Assembly (NCBI GenBank): GCA_041662745.1
Contig: JBAZRV010000001.1
Span: 120,001 to 152,000, forward strand
Direction of reading: 5' to 3'
Length of the DNA: 32,000 bases
Origin: Patescibacteria group bacterium
GTDB lineage: Bacteria; Patescibacteriota; Patescibacteriia; 2-01-FULL-39-33
This document shows positions 18,413 to 28,189 of this stretch, piece by piece. The position numbers were made by a program, and so were the translations under genes. Within the stretch, counting starts at the first letter, position 1, and every line of letters starts with the position of its first letter. The notes under the pieces were generated by a model. The model searched no databases. It saw only the letters and a list, made by a program, of their open reading frames with translations, and had not been told where the DNA came from.

Positions 18413-19174
18413 TTGATTATGTATTATTACATTTACGATAATTATTTAAATGAGGCCAAATACAGCAATACTCTTTCCAAAATAGAGTCACGGTTGGCTG
18501 ATTTTGGAATTAATGGAAAAATAACCAGAATCTCCCCTTTAAAAAATCTTAAATTAACTTTACGCGATGATTTAAATCAAGGCATAAAAACAGTGGTAGT
18601 AGTAGGCAATGATAAGACTTTAAATCAAATAATCAATCTTTTACCTAATTTATCATTAACTTTAGGATTTATACCGGTTGGACCTAATAATAATTTATGT
18701 AATATTTTTGGCATTCCGGAAGGGGAAGAGGCATGTAATATCTTATCGCAAAGAATAATAGAAAAAATAAGTCTCGGCTTAATAAATGATCATTATTATT
18801 TTATTTCTTACTTAGAAATGTCCGGTGATAATATCAATATTAATTGTAATGATGATTATTATATTAGTGTTGATAAAAAAAACAGTATTATAACTGTTAG
18901 TAATATTTATTACGGGGAATATACCAATAAAATTCCTTTAGTTAATAATAATAATTGGCTTAATTTAGTAATTAAAAATGTTAATAAAAAAATATTTTCT
19001 CAATCAAAAGAATTTTTCAGTTATTTTAAAGCGAAAAAAATAAAAATAGACAGTGATAAATCAATTCCCATACTTTTAATTGATGAGAAAAGAATCATTA
19101 AAAATCCAATAAAAGTAAATTTAGCGCCAGAAAAAATAAATCTAATTGTAGGAAAGAATAGAAAATATAATTAA
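18413..19174 (+). CDS. Diacylglycerol kinase-like (NAD kinase/DAGK superfamily) protein with degenerate catalytic motif
   Basis: VVVVGNDKTLNQIINLLP...LGFIPVGPNNNLCNIFGIPEG aligns with the GGDGTxNEV...LGxIPxGTxNxxAxxLGIP layout. Confidence 0.6.
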   Translation: MIMYYYIYDNYLNEAKYSNTLSKIESRLADFGINGKITRISPLKNLKLTLRDDLNQGIKTVVVVGNDKTLNQIINLLPNLSLTLGFIPVGPNNNLCNIFGIPEGEEACNILSQRIIEKISLGLINDHYYFISYLEMSGDNININCNDDYYISVDKKNSIITVSNIYYGEYTNKIPLVNNNNWLNLVIKNVNKKIFSQSKEFFSYFKAKKIKIDSDKSIPILLIDEKRIIKNPIKVNLAPEKINLIVGKNRKYN

Positions 19175-19205
19175 AAAACCCCTCCTTTAGTAGGAGGGGT
19201 TTTTT
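19173..19205. terminator. Convergent bidirectional terminator
   Basis: AAAAAACCCCTCC-TTTAGTA-GGAGGGGTTTTTT. Confidence 0.9.
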
Positions 19206-19207
19206 AA

Positions 19208-20347
19208 TTACTGCCTGATAGGCATAATTAAATAGAGATAATTATTGTCTTCACCTCTGATTATACAAGGATTATTAGGATCACTAATGGAAAATTCTGC
19301 TTTTTCCGAAGTTAATACTTGTAATCCATCTAATAAATATTTATAATTCAGAATAATTTCCCCGCCTTGGCCGATTTTTTCCATTTCTACCACTGATTCA
19401 TTTTCACCTGTTTGAGAAGATGAAGAAGTGATTATTAATTCATTGGGAGATTTATTATAATCTAATTTTATATCAAATACGCCGTTTTTTACAAATAAAC
19501 TGGCAGTTTTTACCGCTTTAATTAATTCATTAATATTAACCTTTAATTTATTTGGACATTCTATGGGTATGATTTGATTATAATCGGGATATTGTCCGTC
19601 AATTAAACGGGAAATAAATTCTACACCATTATAAACAAACATAATTTGATTTTCATTGGTGTAAATTTCTATATTCTCTATTACTTCTAAATTATCATCA
19701 TCTTTAAATACGCTTAAAATACGGGAAATCTCTTGCAGTGATTTGGCGGGAATAATGACTTTTTCATTATTATTTGATTTAGAATTTTTATTATTCTCAA
19801 TATAATCAATTTTTATCTCCGCTAAACGATAACTGTCAGTAGCGGCTAAAATTAATTTATTATCAGAAAAATCCATTAAAACACCGGATAATTCCGGCCT
19901 TAATTCGGAATTAGCGGCTGAAAAAAACACGCTATAAATGGCGTCTCGCAATTTTTTAGCGGAAATAATATAAGGGTTTTCTTTTTCAATTTTAGGTATT
20001 AAAGGAAAGTCAGAAGTATTTTGGCCTTTTATTTTAGTTTTTTGTTTTTGACATTGAACTTTTAATTCTTCATTAATCAATTCCAAATCAATCCGATCTT
20101 TAGGTAATAAAGAAATATAATTATTAAGTAACTTAGCGTCAATTGAAAATTCCCCGTTATTTTCCACTTTACTTCTAATATTAACAGTTACTCCAACCTC
20201 TAAATTAGTCGCTGATAAAGTTAAATTATTATTTTCAGCTTTAATTAAAATATTAGCCAATATTGGCAAATTAGAATTTTTTCCTGCTATATGGGAAGTA
20301 ATATTTATTGCTTGATTAAGATTTTCTTGAGTGCAAGATAATTTCAT
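19208..20347 (-). CDS. dnaN: DNA polymerase III subunit beta (sliding clamp)
   Basis: MKLSCTQENLNQAI, LPILANILI, ATDSYRLAEIKI, PIRQ-type C-terminus; adjacent to dnaA. Confidence 0.95.
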   Translation of the reverse strand: MKLSCTQENLNQAINITSHIAGKNSNLPILANILIKAENNNLTLSATNLEVGVTVNIRSKVENNGEFSIDAKLLNNYISLLPKDRIDLELINEELKVQCQKQKTKIKGQNTSDFPLIPKIEKENPYIISAKKLRDAIYSVFFSAANSELRPELSGVLMDFSDNKLILAATDSYRLAEIKIDYIENNKNSKSNNNEKVIIPAKSLQEISRILSVFKDDDNLEVIENIEIYTNENQIMFVYNGVEFISRLIDGQYPDYNQIIPIECPNKLKVNINELIKAVKTASLFVKNGVFDIKLDYNKSPNELIITSSSSQTGENESVVEMEKIGQGGEIILNYKYLLDGLQVLTSEKAEFSISDPNNPCIIRGEDNNYLYLIMPIRQ

Positions 20348-20590
20348 ATTAGTATTTATAATAATATATATATAACTAATAATAGTAATAATGGACTGGT
20401 TAAAGTGTATAACTATTATTATATCTTATAGTTGTTGGATTTTATTGATAATTTACTTGTTGATAATAACTGCTTAATTTGATTTGATATCTTTATAATT
20501 TAGGTAAAAATTTATTACTTTATTTTTCCCCACTTAATAATCAAATTAATTCACTGTTTTAACACTCTTAAGTCACTTTATTATTAGTGA

Positions 20591-20672
20591 TATCACCAAG
20601 TTATCCTAAAGTGGAAAAAATGAGGATAAGTTTTTTCCACTATTATAATTATTTATCACCAAGTTATCCACT
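20591..20672. promoter_or_regulatory. Candidate oriC half 1: DnaA-box-like cluster between dnaA and dnaN
   Basis: 16-bp direct repeat TATCACCAAGTTATCC at 20591-20606 and 20654-20669; TTATCCACT 20664-20672; TTATCCTCA complement 20621-20629; inverted repeat AGTGGAAAAAA/TTTTTTCCACT. Confidence 0.55.
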
Positions 20673-20682
20673 AAATATATAA

Positions 20683-22098
20683 TTAAACGAATAATTTTTG
20701 CTTGATTATATTTACATCTTGCCTGATTTTTTCATTTATTTTAATAAGATTAATAATTTTATCGCAAGCATGTATAACAGTGGTGTGATCGCGCCCGCCT
20801 AATTCTTGGCCGATTACCGGATAGGATAATTTAAGCTCTTCCCGCATTAAATACATAATAATTTGGCGCGGTTCAGTTAAATTTTTCTTTCGGCAAGGGC
20901 TTATAATATTATCAATAGTTATATCATAATATTCAGAAACTAATTTAATTATATTTTTTGGGGTTAAATTGTTTTTTTGGTTATTACTGATTGTGGCCGC
21001 GGTAATCTGTTTAACCTCTTCTAAAGAAATAGAGCGATTTTGCAGTTGGGTTAAAGCAATAACTCTATTTAATACCCCTTCTAATTCCCGAATATTATTT
21101 CTAATTGACCCGGCTAAATATTCAATAATATTATACTCTAGTGTAGTATTTTTTTCTTTTAATTTCTCTTGAATAATTGCGATTTTTGTCTCTAAATCAG
21201 GAATGGAAATATCAACGATCATTCCCCATTCAAAACGAGAAATTAAACGCTGTTCAATATCCGGTATCGCTTTAGGCGGCCGATCAGAAGAAATAATAAT
21301 TTGTTTGTTATTTTGGTGTAATTCATTGAATATATTAAAGAAAATCTCCTCAGTTCTTTCTTTATTAGATAAAAATTGGATATCATCAATTAAAAGAACA
21401 TCCAAAGTCCTATATTTATTATTAAATTCTTCCATGGAGCGCTGGCCGTTACCGGAAAGATTGCGTACAGCTGTTAAATAATCATTGGTAAAATTTTCAC
21501 AAGTTGTATAAAAAACCTTAATTTCCTGGTTATTTTCCAATATTTTATTGCCAATAGCATGCATTAAATGGGTTTTACCCAATCCAACACCGCCATAAAT
21601 AAATAAGGGATTATAGGCTGTGCCAGGAGATTTTATTACTGCTAAAGCCGCAGCATGGGCTAAATCATTATTTTTTCCTACAATAAAAGTATTAAGAGTA
21701 TACTTATAATTTAATCCATTTTTATTATTAGGCAATTTTTCATTGCTTACCCGATTAGGCGATTCAAATATTTCTTTAATAGGAGTTGTTTTTTCATTGC
21801 TAATTATAACTTCTACTGGTTTAGTAAAAGCATTTTTATTTTGGGTTGATGACTCTATTTTATATTCAATTTCTTTTAAATTATGATTATTGGTTATATT
21901 TCTGATCGCTTTTAATATGGCGCTGTGATATTTTTTAGCCAAATATTCCTTAGTGAAAATATTAGGGACATTAATCACTACTTTATTATCATCATAACTA
22001 ACTATATTAGTATGCCTAAACCAAGTAGTAAAATTAGCTTTAGATAATAAAGTTTCTAATTCTCCTAAAGTGGCCTGCCAGAGTTCTTGTGGTGTCAT
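20683..22098 (-). CDS. dnaA: Chromosomal replication initiator protein DnaA
   Basis: YNPLFIYGGVGLGKTHLMHAIGN, LLIDDIQFLSNKERTEEIFFNIFNEL, GRDHTTVIHACDKI. Confidence 0.98.
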   Translation of the reverse strand: MTPQELWQATLGELETLLSKANFTTWFRHTNIVSYDDNKVVINVPNIFTKEYLAKKYHSAILKAIRNITNNHNLKEIEYKIESSTQNKNAFTKPVEVIISNEKTTPIKEIFESPNRVSNEKLPNNKNGLNYKYTLNTFIVGKNNDLAHAAALAVIKSPGTAYNPLFIYGGVGLGKTHLMHAIGNKILENNQEIKVFYTTCENFTNDYLTAVRNLSGNGQRSMEEFNNKYRTLDVLLIDDIQFLSNKERTEEIFFNIFNELHQNNKQIIISSDRPPKAIPDIEQRLISRFEWGMIVDISIPDLETKIAIIQEKLKEKNTTLEYNIIEYLAGSIRNNIRELEGVLNRVIALTQLQNRSISLEEVKQITAATISNNQKNNLTPKNIIKLVSEYYDITIDNIISPCRKKNLTEPRQIIMYLMREELKLSYPVIGQELGGRDHTTVIHACDKIINLIKINEKIRQDVNIIKQKLFV

Positions 22099-22166
22099 AC
22101 TAAAATATTAATTAAGTAAAGGTATTAAAAGGAGTTTCTATTTAAGTTAATAACATTTTATCATAA

Positions 22167-22232
22167 TTATCCACAATTGGAAACCGATCAAAAAAAGAAA
22201 GAAAGGTTAAACTGTTAATAACTTGTGGATAA
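22167..22232. promoter_or_regulatory. Candidate oriC half 2: two consensus DnaA boxes in the dnaA-rpmH intergenic region
   Basis: TTATCCACA (22167-22175, + strand) and TGTGGATAA (22224-22232), in opposite orientation. Confidence 0.65.
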
Positions 22233-22241
22233 TAATTTTTA

Positions 22242-22270
22242 TTGACTTATAATAAAAAAAATGTTACTTT
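22242..22270 (+). promoter_or_regulatory. Possible rpmH promoter
   Basis: TTGACT, 17-nt spacer, TACTTT. Confidence 0.4.
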
Positions 22271-22304
22271 TACTTTAGTTATTAATAATCATTTTTAGTA
22301 TTTT

Positions 22305-22460
22305 ATGGCAACTAAAAGAACTTATCAACCACATAAAGTTAAAAGGGTTAAAAAACATGGTTTTAGAGCTAAAAACCGTACCCACACAGGTAAATTAGTC
22401 TTAAAAAGAAGAAGAGCCAAAGGAAGAAAGAAGTTGGTTATCTCGGCTGGATCTAAATAA
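22305..22460 (+). CDS. rpmH: 50S ribosomal protein bL34
   Basis: [51 protein letters not shown]; 51 aa, below ORF-track cutoff. Confidence 0.95.
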   Translation: MATKRTYQPHKVKRVKKHGFRAKNRTHTGKLVLKRRRAKGRKKLVISAGSK

Positions 22461-22484
22461 TTATAATTTGGCTAAATTTACATT

Positions 22485-22823
22485 ATGTTGGCCAAAAAAT
22501 ATAGAATCTCTAAAAAGCAAGAGTTTGAAAAAATATTCAAAAACGGCAAAAAAGACTCAAGTCATAATTTTATTATCAGATTTATGGATAATGACTTAGA
22601 AAACTGCCGTTTTTCTGTTATTGTCAGTAATAAAATTAGCGGTAAAGCCACGGAGAGGAATAAGATTAGACGCAGAGCCAAGGCTATTATAAGTGATAAT
22701 TTGTCTAATTTTAGGAAAAATATTGATCTATTAATTATAGCTCTATTACCAAGTAAAAAACTTGATTTTGCCAATTTTAACAGTGATATTGTAAAATTAC
22801 TGGTAAAAAACAAAATTATATGA
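22485..22823 (+). CDS. rnpA: Ribonuclease P protein component
   Basis: Position after rpmH; [29 protein letters not shown]-type motif. Confidence 0.93.
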   Translation: MLAKKYRISKKQEFEKIFKNGKKDSSHNFIIRFMDNDLENCRFSVIVSNKISGKATERNKIRRRAKAIISDNLSNFRKNIDLLIIALLPSKKLDFANFNSDIVKLLVKNKII

Positions 22824-23074
22824 ATTTTTTGTCTAATTTTACAAAAATTTCAGTTTTAAGACTAATAAAAATTTATCAAAAGATATTATCATTTGATCAT
22901 GGCTTATTTAAAAATCTATTCCCTTACGGTTATTGCCGTTTTCACCCAACATGCTCAGAATACGGCTATCAAGCTATAGATAAGTATGGAGTAATAAAGG
23001 GTGGTTTTATGGCATTTATTCGTATTCTTAAATGCAATCCTTTTTCTAAAGGCGGCTTTGATCCGATAAAATAA
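22820..23074 (+). CDS. yidD: Membrane protein insertion efficiency factor YidD
   Basis: [11 protein letters not shown]...[23 protein letters not shown]; 4-nt overlap with rnpA. Confidence 0.95.
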   Translation: MNFLSNFTKISVLRLIKIYQKILSFDHGLFKNLFPYGYCRFHPTCSEYGYQAIDKYGVIKGGFMAFIRILKCNPFSKGGFDPIK

Positions 23075-23083
23075 CTTAAAATT

Positions 23084-23833
23084 ATGATTAATTTGATTAT
23101 AAATGCTTTTAATTTGATTTGTTATCAGCCATTACTTAATTTATTGGTTTTTGTTTATAATATTATTCCCGGACACGATATTGGTCTGGTGATAATTACT
23201 TTGACTTTATTAATAAAATTAGCTTTATATCTGCCATCACGCAGTACGATTAAAGCCCAGCAATCATTACAGGAGTTACAGCCGAAAATTGATGAAATGA
23301 AAGAAAAATATAAAGATGATAAAGAACGGCAAGCCAAAGAAATGATGAATTTGTATAAGGAGCATAAAATTAATCCACTCTCTTCTTGTTTGCCCTTGCT
23401 TATCCAATTGCCTTTTTTAATTGCCATTTATCAAGTGTTTAATACCGGTTTAAGAAATGGCAGTTTATCTTTGCTTTATCCGTTTATTGCTAATCCCGGC
23501 CACATCAACTCTTTAGCTTTTGGATTTTTAGATATGGCTAAACCCCAATGGATTTTGGCCGTTTTAGCCGGCGCCGCGCAATATTGGCAAGCATCTATGA
23601 TGATTGCCAAACGTCCGGCAATTAAAAATAAAGACAGCAAGGATGAGGATATGTCAGCGATCATGAGTCGTCAAATGACGATTATGATGCCTTTAATGAC
23701 CATAGTAATCGGTTGGAGTCTGCCTAGCGGTTTGGTATTTTATTGGTTATTATTAACAGTTTTCACTTCCTTGCAACAATTAATCACAAAAAAGAAAACA
23801 ATTACCGATAAAGCAGAAGTTATAAATAATTAA
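23084..23833 (+). CDS. yidC: YidC/Oxa1 family membrane insertase (short form)
   Basis: IIPGHDIGLVIITLTLLIKL, YKEHKINPLSSCLPLLIQLPFLIAIYQVF, SGLVFYWLL. Confidence 0.93.
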   Translation: MINLIINAFNLICYQPLLNLLVFVYNIIPGHDIGLVIITLTLLIKLALYLPSRSTIKAQQSLQELQPKIDEMKEKYKDDKERQAKEMMNLYKEHKINPLSSCLPLLIQLPFLIAIYQVFNTGLRNGSLSLLYPFIANPGHINSLAFGFLDMAKPQWILAVLAGAAQYWQASMMIAKRPAIKNKDSKDEDMSAIMSRQMTIMMPLMTIVIGWSLPSGLVFYWLLLTVFTSLQQLITKKKTITDKAEVINN

Positions 23834-23840
23834 AGTAATT

Positions 23841-23869
23841 AAAAAACCCGGAAACTTCCGGGTTTTTTA
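23841..23869. terminator. Convergent terminator between yidC and PBP
   Basis: AAAAAACCCGGAA-ACT-TCCGGGTTTTTT. Confidence 0.85.
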
Positions 23870-23870
23870 A

Positions 23871-26741
23871 TTACTTTAATTTTATTCTTAATTTATCTGA
23901 TTCGTATTTTTTATTATTTAAATTAAAAATATTAGCGTAAACAGTATAATCGCCGGAACCGGGATATTTTTTCCAACTGAAATTAAAACTGTCGCTTTGC
24001 GGCCTGATGGCAGTAATAAAATTTTCTTTGGTGCTGGTAGCCGATAAATAATAAATATCAATTTGTTTTATTCGGTCAAAATTAATTAAATCCGCCCTTA
24101 AAGTCAAAGGAAAACTATCAATAATCGCGCCATCAATCGGCGCTGTCCAATCAAGACGCGGTAAGGGATTAACGGCAACTAAATTAAGATCAACTGATTT
24201 TGAAGCGGTATTTTGCAGATCATCATTAATAATTACAGTTAATGTATGATAACCGCTTGTTAATTCAGATAAATCCAATGTTTTATTTGCGGTTAGGCCG
24301 CTAACAGTGTCAATTAACTGATTATCAATTAAATATTCCGTCTTCTGAATGCCACGAACCGCCGAACCCTGTAAATTTACAACTACAAAAGCATCCCTTA
24401 TCGTTTGTTTATCGCTGGGACTGATAATATTCAGTTGCGGTTGGTCGGAAGCCAAGTGAATATCGTCATAAGAAGTGGGTATCGGTTGGCCATCGGTAAT
24501 AATATTATTTTTTTCCGCCCAAGCTTTGACCCCGGCTTCCCAGTTATAATATTGCGGGTCATTTTCCGGATGAGCAGGAATCGGGCCGCGCGGATCATCT
24601 TTGTCCACATAATATAAAATATCATGCACTTCGCCCGTGGCTATTTCTTTAGTGGTGCTTAAGGGAGTATATTGGGTGGCTAATTTCCCTGAAATGGTAT
24701 CAATTTTTACCATTGTGCCGGAGTTAGCTACGCCGTCTAAAACCGCCTTATTGGTAATTACTGTTTGAGGTTTGGTAAACTCTTCCGCCACTTGGCCTTT
24801 AAGTGCCTCAGACATATAAGTATTCCAGATGGGAGCAGCAATTACGGAGCCGTCGGCGCCCGCCTTCATGACTGCATTATCGCTATTGCCAACCCAAACA
24901 CCGCAAACTAATGATGGCGTATAACCTAAGGCCCAAGCATCATGGAAGTCATTAGTAGTGCCGGTTTTGGACGCCGCCGGTCGTCCCGGTAAGACTAACC
25001 GGCTGCCGGTACCGAAAATGTAAGCCCGCGCCGAATCATCGGATAGGATATCGGTTGTTTGTCTGGCAATTTCTGCGTCTAAAATTTCATTATTTTTATC
25101 TTTAAATTCTTCAATTACTTTATTATTTTTATCTTCAATTTTTAAAATCGGATTAACCTCATGTTTAACGCCTTCGGCAGCCAGGGTGGCATAAGCTGAG
25201 GCATGCTCCAATAATTTTACTTCCGCCCCGCCCAAAACAATAGATAATCCAAAACGGCTGCGATCATCAAAAGTGGTATAACCTAATTTTTCCGCTAAAT
25301 TAAAAATATTATCCATGCCGGTCAAGTAGGTTAATTTAACCGCTGGGATATTCAGTGAGCCGGCTAAAGCCTTACGCAGGGTGACCGGTCCATTTTCGTC
25401 ATTATGGTAATTGTGGGGCTCATATTTTTTCTCGCCGGTAGTATCAAAGTTAGTCACCGTATCATAAATAATGGTGTTAGGCGTATAACCCTTAATGAAC
25501 GATGCCGTATAAACGATCGGCTTAAAGGATGACCCCGGTTGGCGCGGCCGCAGAGAAACATTAACTTGTCCATCAATAGCCTCGTCAAAATAATCAACCG
25601 AGCCAACCATAGCCAATATTTGTCCTGTCTTCGGATCTAAAGAAACCAATGAAGCATTAGTGAAGCCGTATTTTTTTCCATTAGTTTCCACGCCTTTTTT
25701 GACAGCCTCTTCGGCTATTTTTTGTTTTTCCAAATCAAGCGTGGTATAAACTTTCAAACCCTCTTGATTAATGAAATTTTCGCCGTATTTTTCCGATAAT
25801 ATTTCCTTGATATACATAACAAAATGCGGCGCAATAATTGATTCTCTCAGGGGCTTGAAAGTTAATTTTTCATTTTTTGCTTCTTCCGCTTGTTCTTTAG
25901 TGACGTAGCCCAATTCCGCCATGGAATCAAGAATATATCTCTGGCGTTGCAATAATTTATCTTTATGATTGCCATAGGGGGAATAGTAAGTCGGCGCGTT
26001 GGGTATGGCCGCCAGAATGGCAGATTCGGCTAAACTCAGATCCTTGGTCGGTTTGCCAAAATAAGATTGAGCGGCGGCCTCCACGCCGTAAATTACCGAG
26101 CCGTAAGGTATCTCATTTAAATACATGCCCAAGATTTGGTCTTTGGTAAATTTGCTTTCTATTTGATAAGAAATCAACAACTCTTTAATTTTTCTAGTAT
26201 AAGTCTTTTCATTGGTTAAAATGGCATTTTTGACGAATTGTTGGGTTAAGGTTGATCCACTGACTTTGCTGCCGGTAGTGATATTGACTAAAACAGAGCG
26301 GATGATACCGGTGAAAGAAAATCCATGATGTTGATAGAAATCCCTGTCCTCGGCGGTAATTACCGCTTGTTTCATATAGTCAGGCACTTCAGATAAAGGA
26401 ATAACAGTGCGTTTAATGTCGCCATGAATGTCATAAAGGACGGTTTGGCCGGTACGATCGTAAATTTTAGTTGAGACCGTAATATTGCGTTTAAGCACGC
26501 CATCGGCCGAAGGCAAATCTTTAGAAATCCAAAATAAAGCCGCCGCCGCAACCAGAGCTGAAAAAAGAATACCTACTATGGCTATAGGTATTAATGCCTT
26601 AAAGCATCGTCGCCAAATATGGCGTCGATGCTTTCGTGGTGACTTAACCGGATTGGAAGAAAAAAAGATCTTTCCGCCCCTTGGCTCTCGTTGATGCGTC
26701 GGTATGAGTTTTTGCGGATCGCGCCAATTTATATTAGACAT
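23871..26741 (-). CDS. Class A penicillin-binding protein (GT51 transglycosylase plus transpeptidase) with C-terminal Ig-like domains
   Basis: AVITAEDRDFYQHHGFSF, GSTLTQQFVKNA, PGSSFKPIVYTASF, AASKTGTTNDFHDAWALGYTP. Confidence 0.96.
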   Translation of the reverse strand: MSNINWRDPQKLIPTHQREPRGGKIFFSSNPVKSPRKHRRHIWRRCFKALIPIAIVGILFSALVAAAALFWISKDLPSADGVLKRNITVSTKIYDRTGQTVLYDIHGDIKRTVIPLSEVPDYMKQAVITAEDRDFYQHHGFSFTGIIRSVLVNITTGSKVSGSTLTQQFVKNAILTNEKTYTRKIKELLISYQIESKFTKDQILGMYLNEIPYGSVIYGVEAAAQSYFGKPTKDLSLAESAILAAIPNAPTYYSPYGNHKDKLLQRQRYILDSMAELGYVTKEQAEEAKNEKLTFKPLRESIIAPHFVMYIKEILSEKYGENFINQEGLKVYTTLDLEKQKIAEEAVKKGVETNGKKYGFTNASLVSLDPKTGQILAMVGSVDYFDEAIDGQVNVSLRPRQPGSSFKPIVYTASFIKGYTPNTIIYDTVTNFDTTGEKKYEPHNYHNDENGPVTLRKALAGSLNIPAVKLTYLTGMDNIFNLAEKLGYTTFDDRSRFGLSIVLGGAEVKLLEHASAYATLAAEGVKHEVNPILKIEDKNNKVIEEFKDKNNEILDAEIARQTTDILSDDSARAYIFGTGSRLVLPGRPAASKTGTTNDFHDAWALGYTPSLVCGVWVGNSDNAVMKAGADGSVIAAPIWNTYMSEALKGQVAEEFTKPQTVITNKAVLDGVANSGTMVKIDTISGKLATQYTPLSTTKEIATGEVHDILYYVDKDDPRGPIPAHPENDPQYYNWEAGVKAWAEKNNIITDGQPIPTSYDDIHLASDQPQLNIISPSDKQTIRDAFVVVNLQGSAVRGIQKTEYLIDNQLIDTVSGLTANKTLDLSELTSGYHTLTVIINDDLQNTASKSVDLNLVAVNPLPRLDWTAPIDGAIIDSFPLTLRADLINFDRIKQIDIYYLSATSTKENFITAIRPQSDSFNFSWKKYPGSGDYTVYANIFNLNNKKYESDKLRIKLK

Positions 26742-26785
26742 ATTATTATAAAATTTTTGGTTTAGATTTTAATCTTTTCCTGTTT

Positions 26786-27295
26786 TTATGAACCAATTCG
26801 GGAATTAAGCTTATTAATGCCGGCGCCGCAAATGGCCATCGCTAAGGCGTCGGCGGCGTCATCCGGCTTGGGGCTTGTTTTCAAATTAAGAATAATCTTG
26901 ACCATTTGTTGGACTTGTTTTTTATCGGCTTGACCGTAACCGGTCAATCCCTGTTTGACTTGCAATGGCGTCAGTTCAATCAGTTCCAGCTGATTTTGCA
27001 TTAAAGTCAGTAAGATAACTCCGCGAGCTTGGCCGACAATCAGGGCGGTTTTGACATTAGTGCAAAAAAATAACTGTTCAACCACCGCCAATTCCGGCTG
27101 GTGTTTTTTAACCAGTGCCGTTAATTGCTCATGCAAAGCCAATAATCTTAGAGACAATGATTTTTTCTTATCAGTTTTAATGGAACCGTAATCAAGCAAT
27201 CTAAACTGACCGCAATTTTCTTCAATTACGCCAAAACCGGTATCAGCGATGCCGGGGTCAATGCCCAAAATTATATGCGGTTTTGTTTTTACCAT
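26786..27295 (-). CDS. ruvC: Holliday junction resolvase RuvC
   Basis: ILGIDPGIADTGFGVIE, VVEQLFF, ARGVILL, VKQGLTGYGQADKKQV, DDAADALAMAIC. Confidence 0.95.
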   Translation of the reverse strand: MVKTKPHIILGIDPGIADTGFGVIEENCGQFRLLDYGSIKTDKKKSLSLRLLALHEQLTALVKKHQPELAVVEQLFFCTNVKTALIVGQARGVILLTLMQNQLELIELTPLQVKQGLTGYGQADKKQVQQMVKIILNLKTSPKPDDAADALAMAICGAGINKLNSRIGS

Positions 27296-28017
27296 GAAGC
27301 GTTAGTGTAAACATTGGTAATATCATCCAAATCATCAATAGCGCCGTATAGGCGCTCTATTCTTTCACGATCTGCCGCGTCAGTAATAGTTATTTCTTCT
27401 TTGGGTTGGTAAATGATGGAGGTTTCTTTTATGTTTAATCCGATTTCTTTGGCTTTATTTGCCACCTGAAATAAGGATTCTACTGGCGTGTTTATTTCCA
27501 CCTCGGTTGTTTCGGTTATTTTTTTAATGTCTTCCGCTCCGGCATCAATCAATTCCAATTCTTGTTCTTCGTTTAAGCCGCTTGACTCTATCAATAATGA
27601 TCCCAACCTTTTAAAATTCCACGAAACACTGCCGGATGATCCTAATTGGCCGCCATTTTTATTTAAGGCTGATTTCAGGTCGGCAACCGTGCGGTTTTTG
27701 TTATCGGTTATGGCCTCTATAATAAAGCCCGCCCCCGCCGGACCAATCACTTCATAAATGATTTCCTCAAAATTAACTCCGTCTTTATTTGCGCCCGTTC
27801 CCTTGGCAATCGCCCGTTCAATATTATCTTTTGGCATATTAGCCTCCCTCGCCTTGTCAACCGCCAACCGCAGTTTGAAATTTGTTTCCGGATCACCGCC
27901 GCTTTCGCGAGCCGCAATGGTTATTAGGTTGGCTAATTTAGTGAAGATGGCCCCCTTTTTAGCATCAGTCACTGATTTTTGGCGATGGGTTTTCGCCCAC
28001 TTGCTATGTCCTGACAT
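27289..28017 (-). CDS. yebC: YebC/PmpR family transcriptional regulator
   Basis: MSGHSKWAKTHRQKSVTDAKKGAIFTKLANLI, PKDNIERAI, YEVIGPAGAGFIIEAITDNKNRT. Confidence 0.95.
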   Translation of the reverse strand: MSGHSKWAKTHRQKSVTDAKKGAIFTKLANLITIAARESGGDPETNFKLRLAVDKAREANMPKDNIERAIAKGTGANKDGVNFEEIIYEVIGPAGAGFIIEAITDNKNRTVADLKSALNKNGGQLGSSGSVSWNFKRLGSLLIESSGLNEEQELELIDAGAEDIKKITETTEVEINTPVESLFQVANKAKEIGLNIKETSIIYQPKEEITITDAADRERIERLYGAIDDLDDITNVYTNASW

Positions 28018-28109
28018 AAAATTTTAAGCAATAATTTTTAGTATTTACTTTTTATATTATAATGATAAAATAGCCAAAAATCAAGTCTAAATAACCGCTT
28101 AATATTTAC

Positions 28110-28137
28110 TTGACAATTATAAAATTTATGCTATCAT
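28110..28137 (+). promoter_or_regulatory. Promoter upstream of the 424-aa-class orphan gene
   Basis: TTGACA, 16-nt spacer, TATCAT. Confidence 0.55.
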
Positions 28138-28189
28138 ATTATGATAATGAGTACTTTAAAACAAAAAGCGAAAAACCAAGGAGGTGCGC

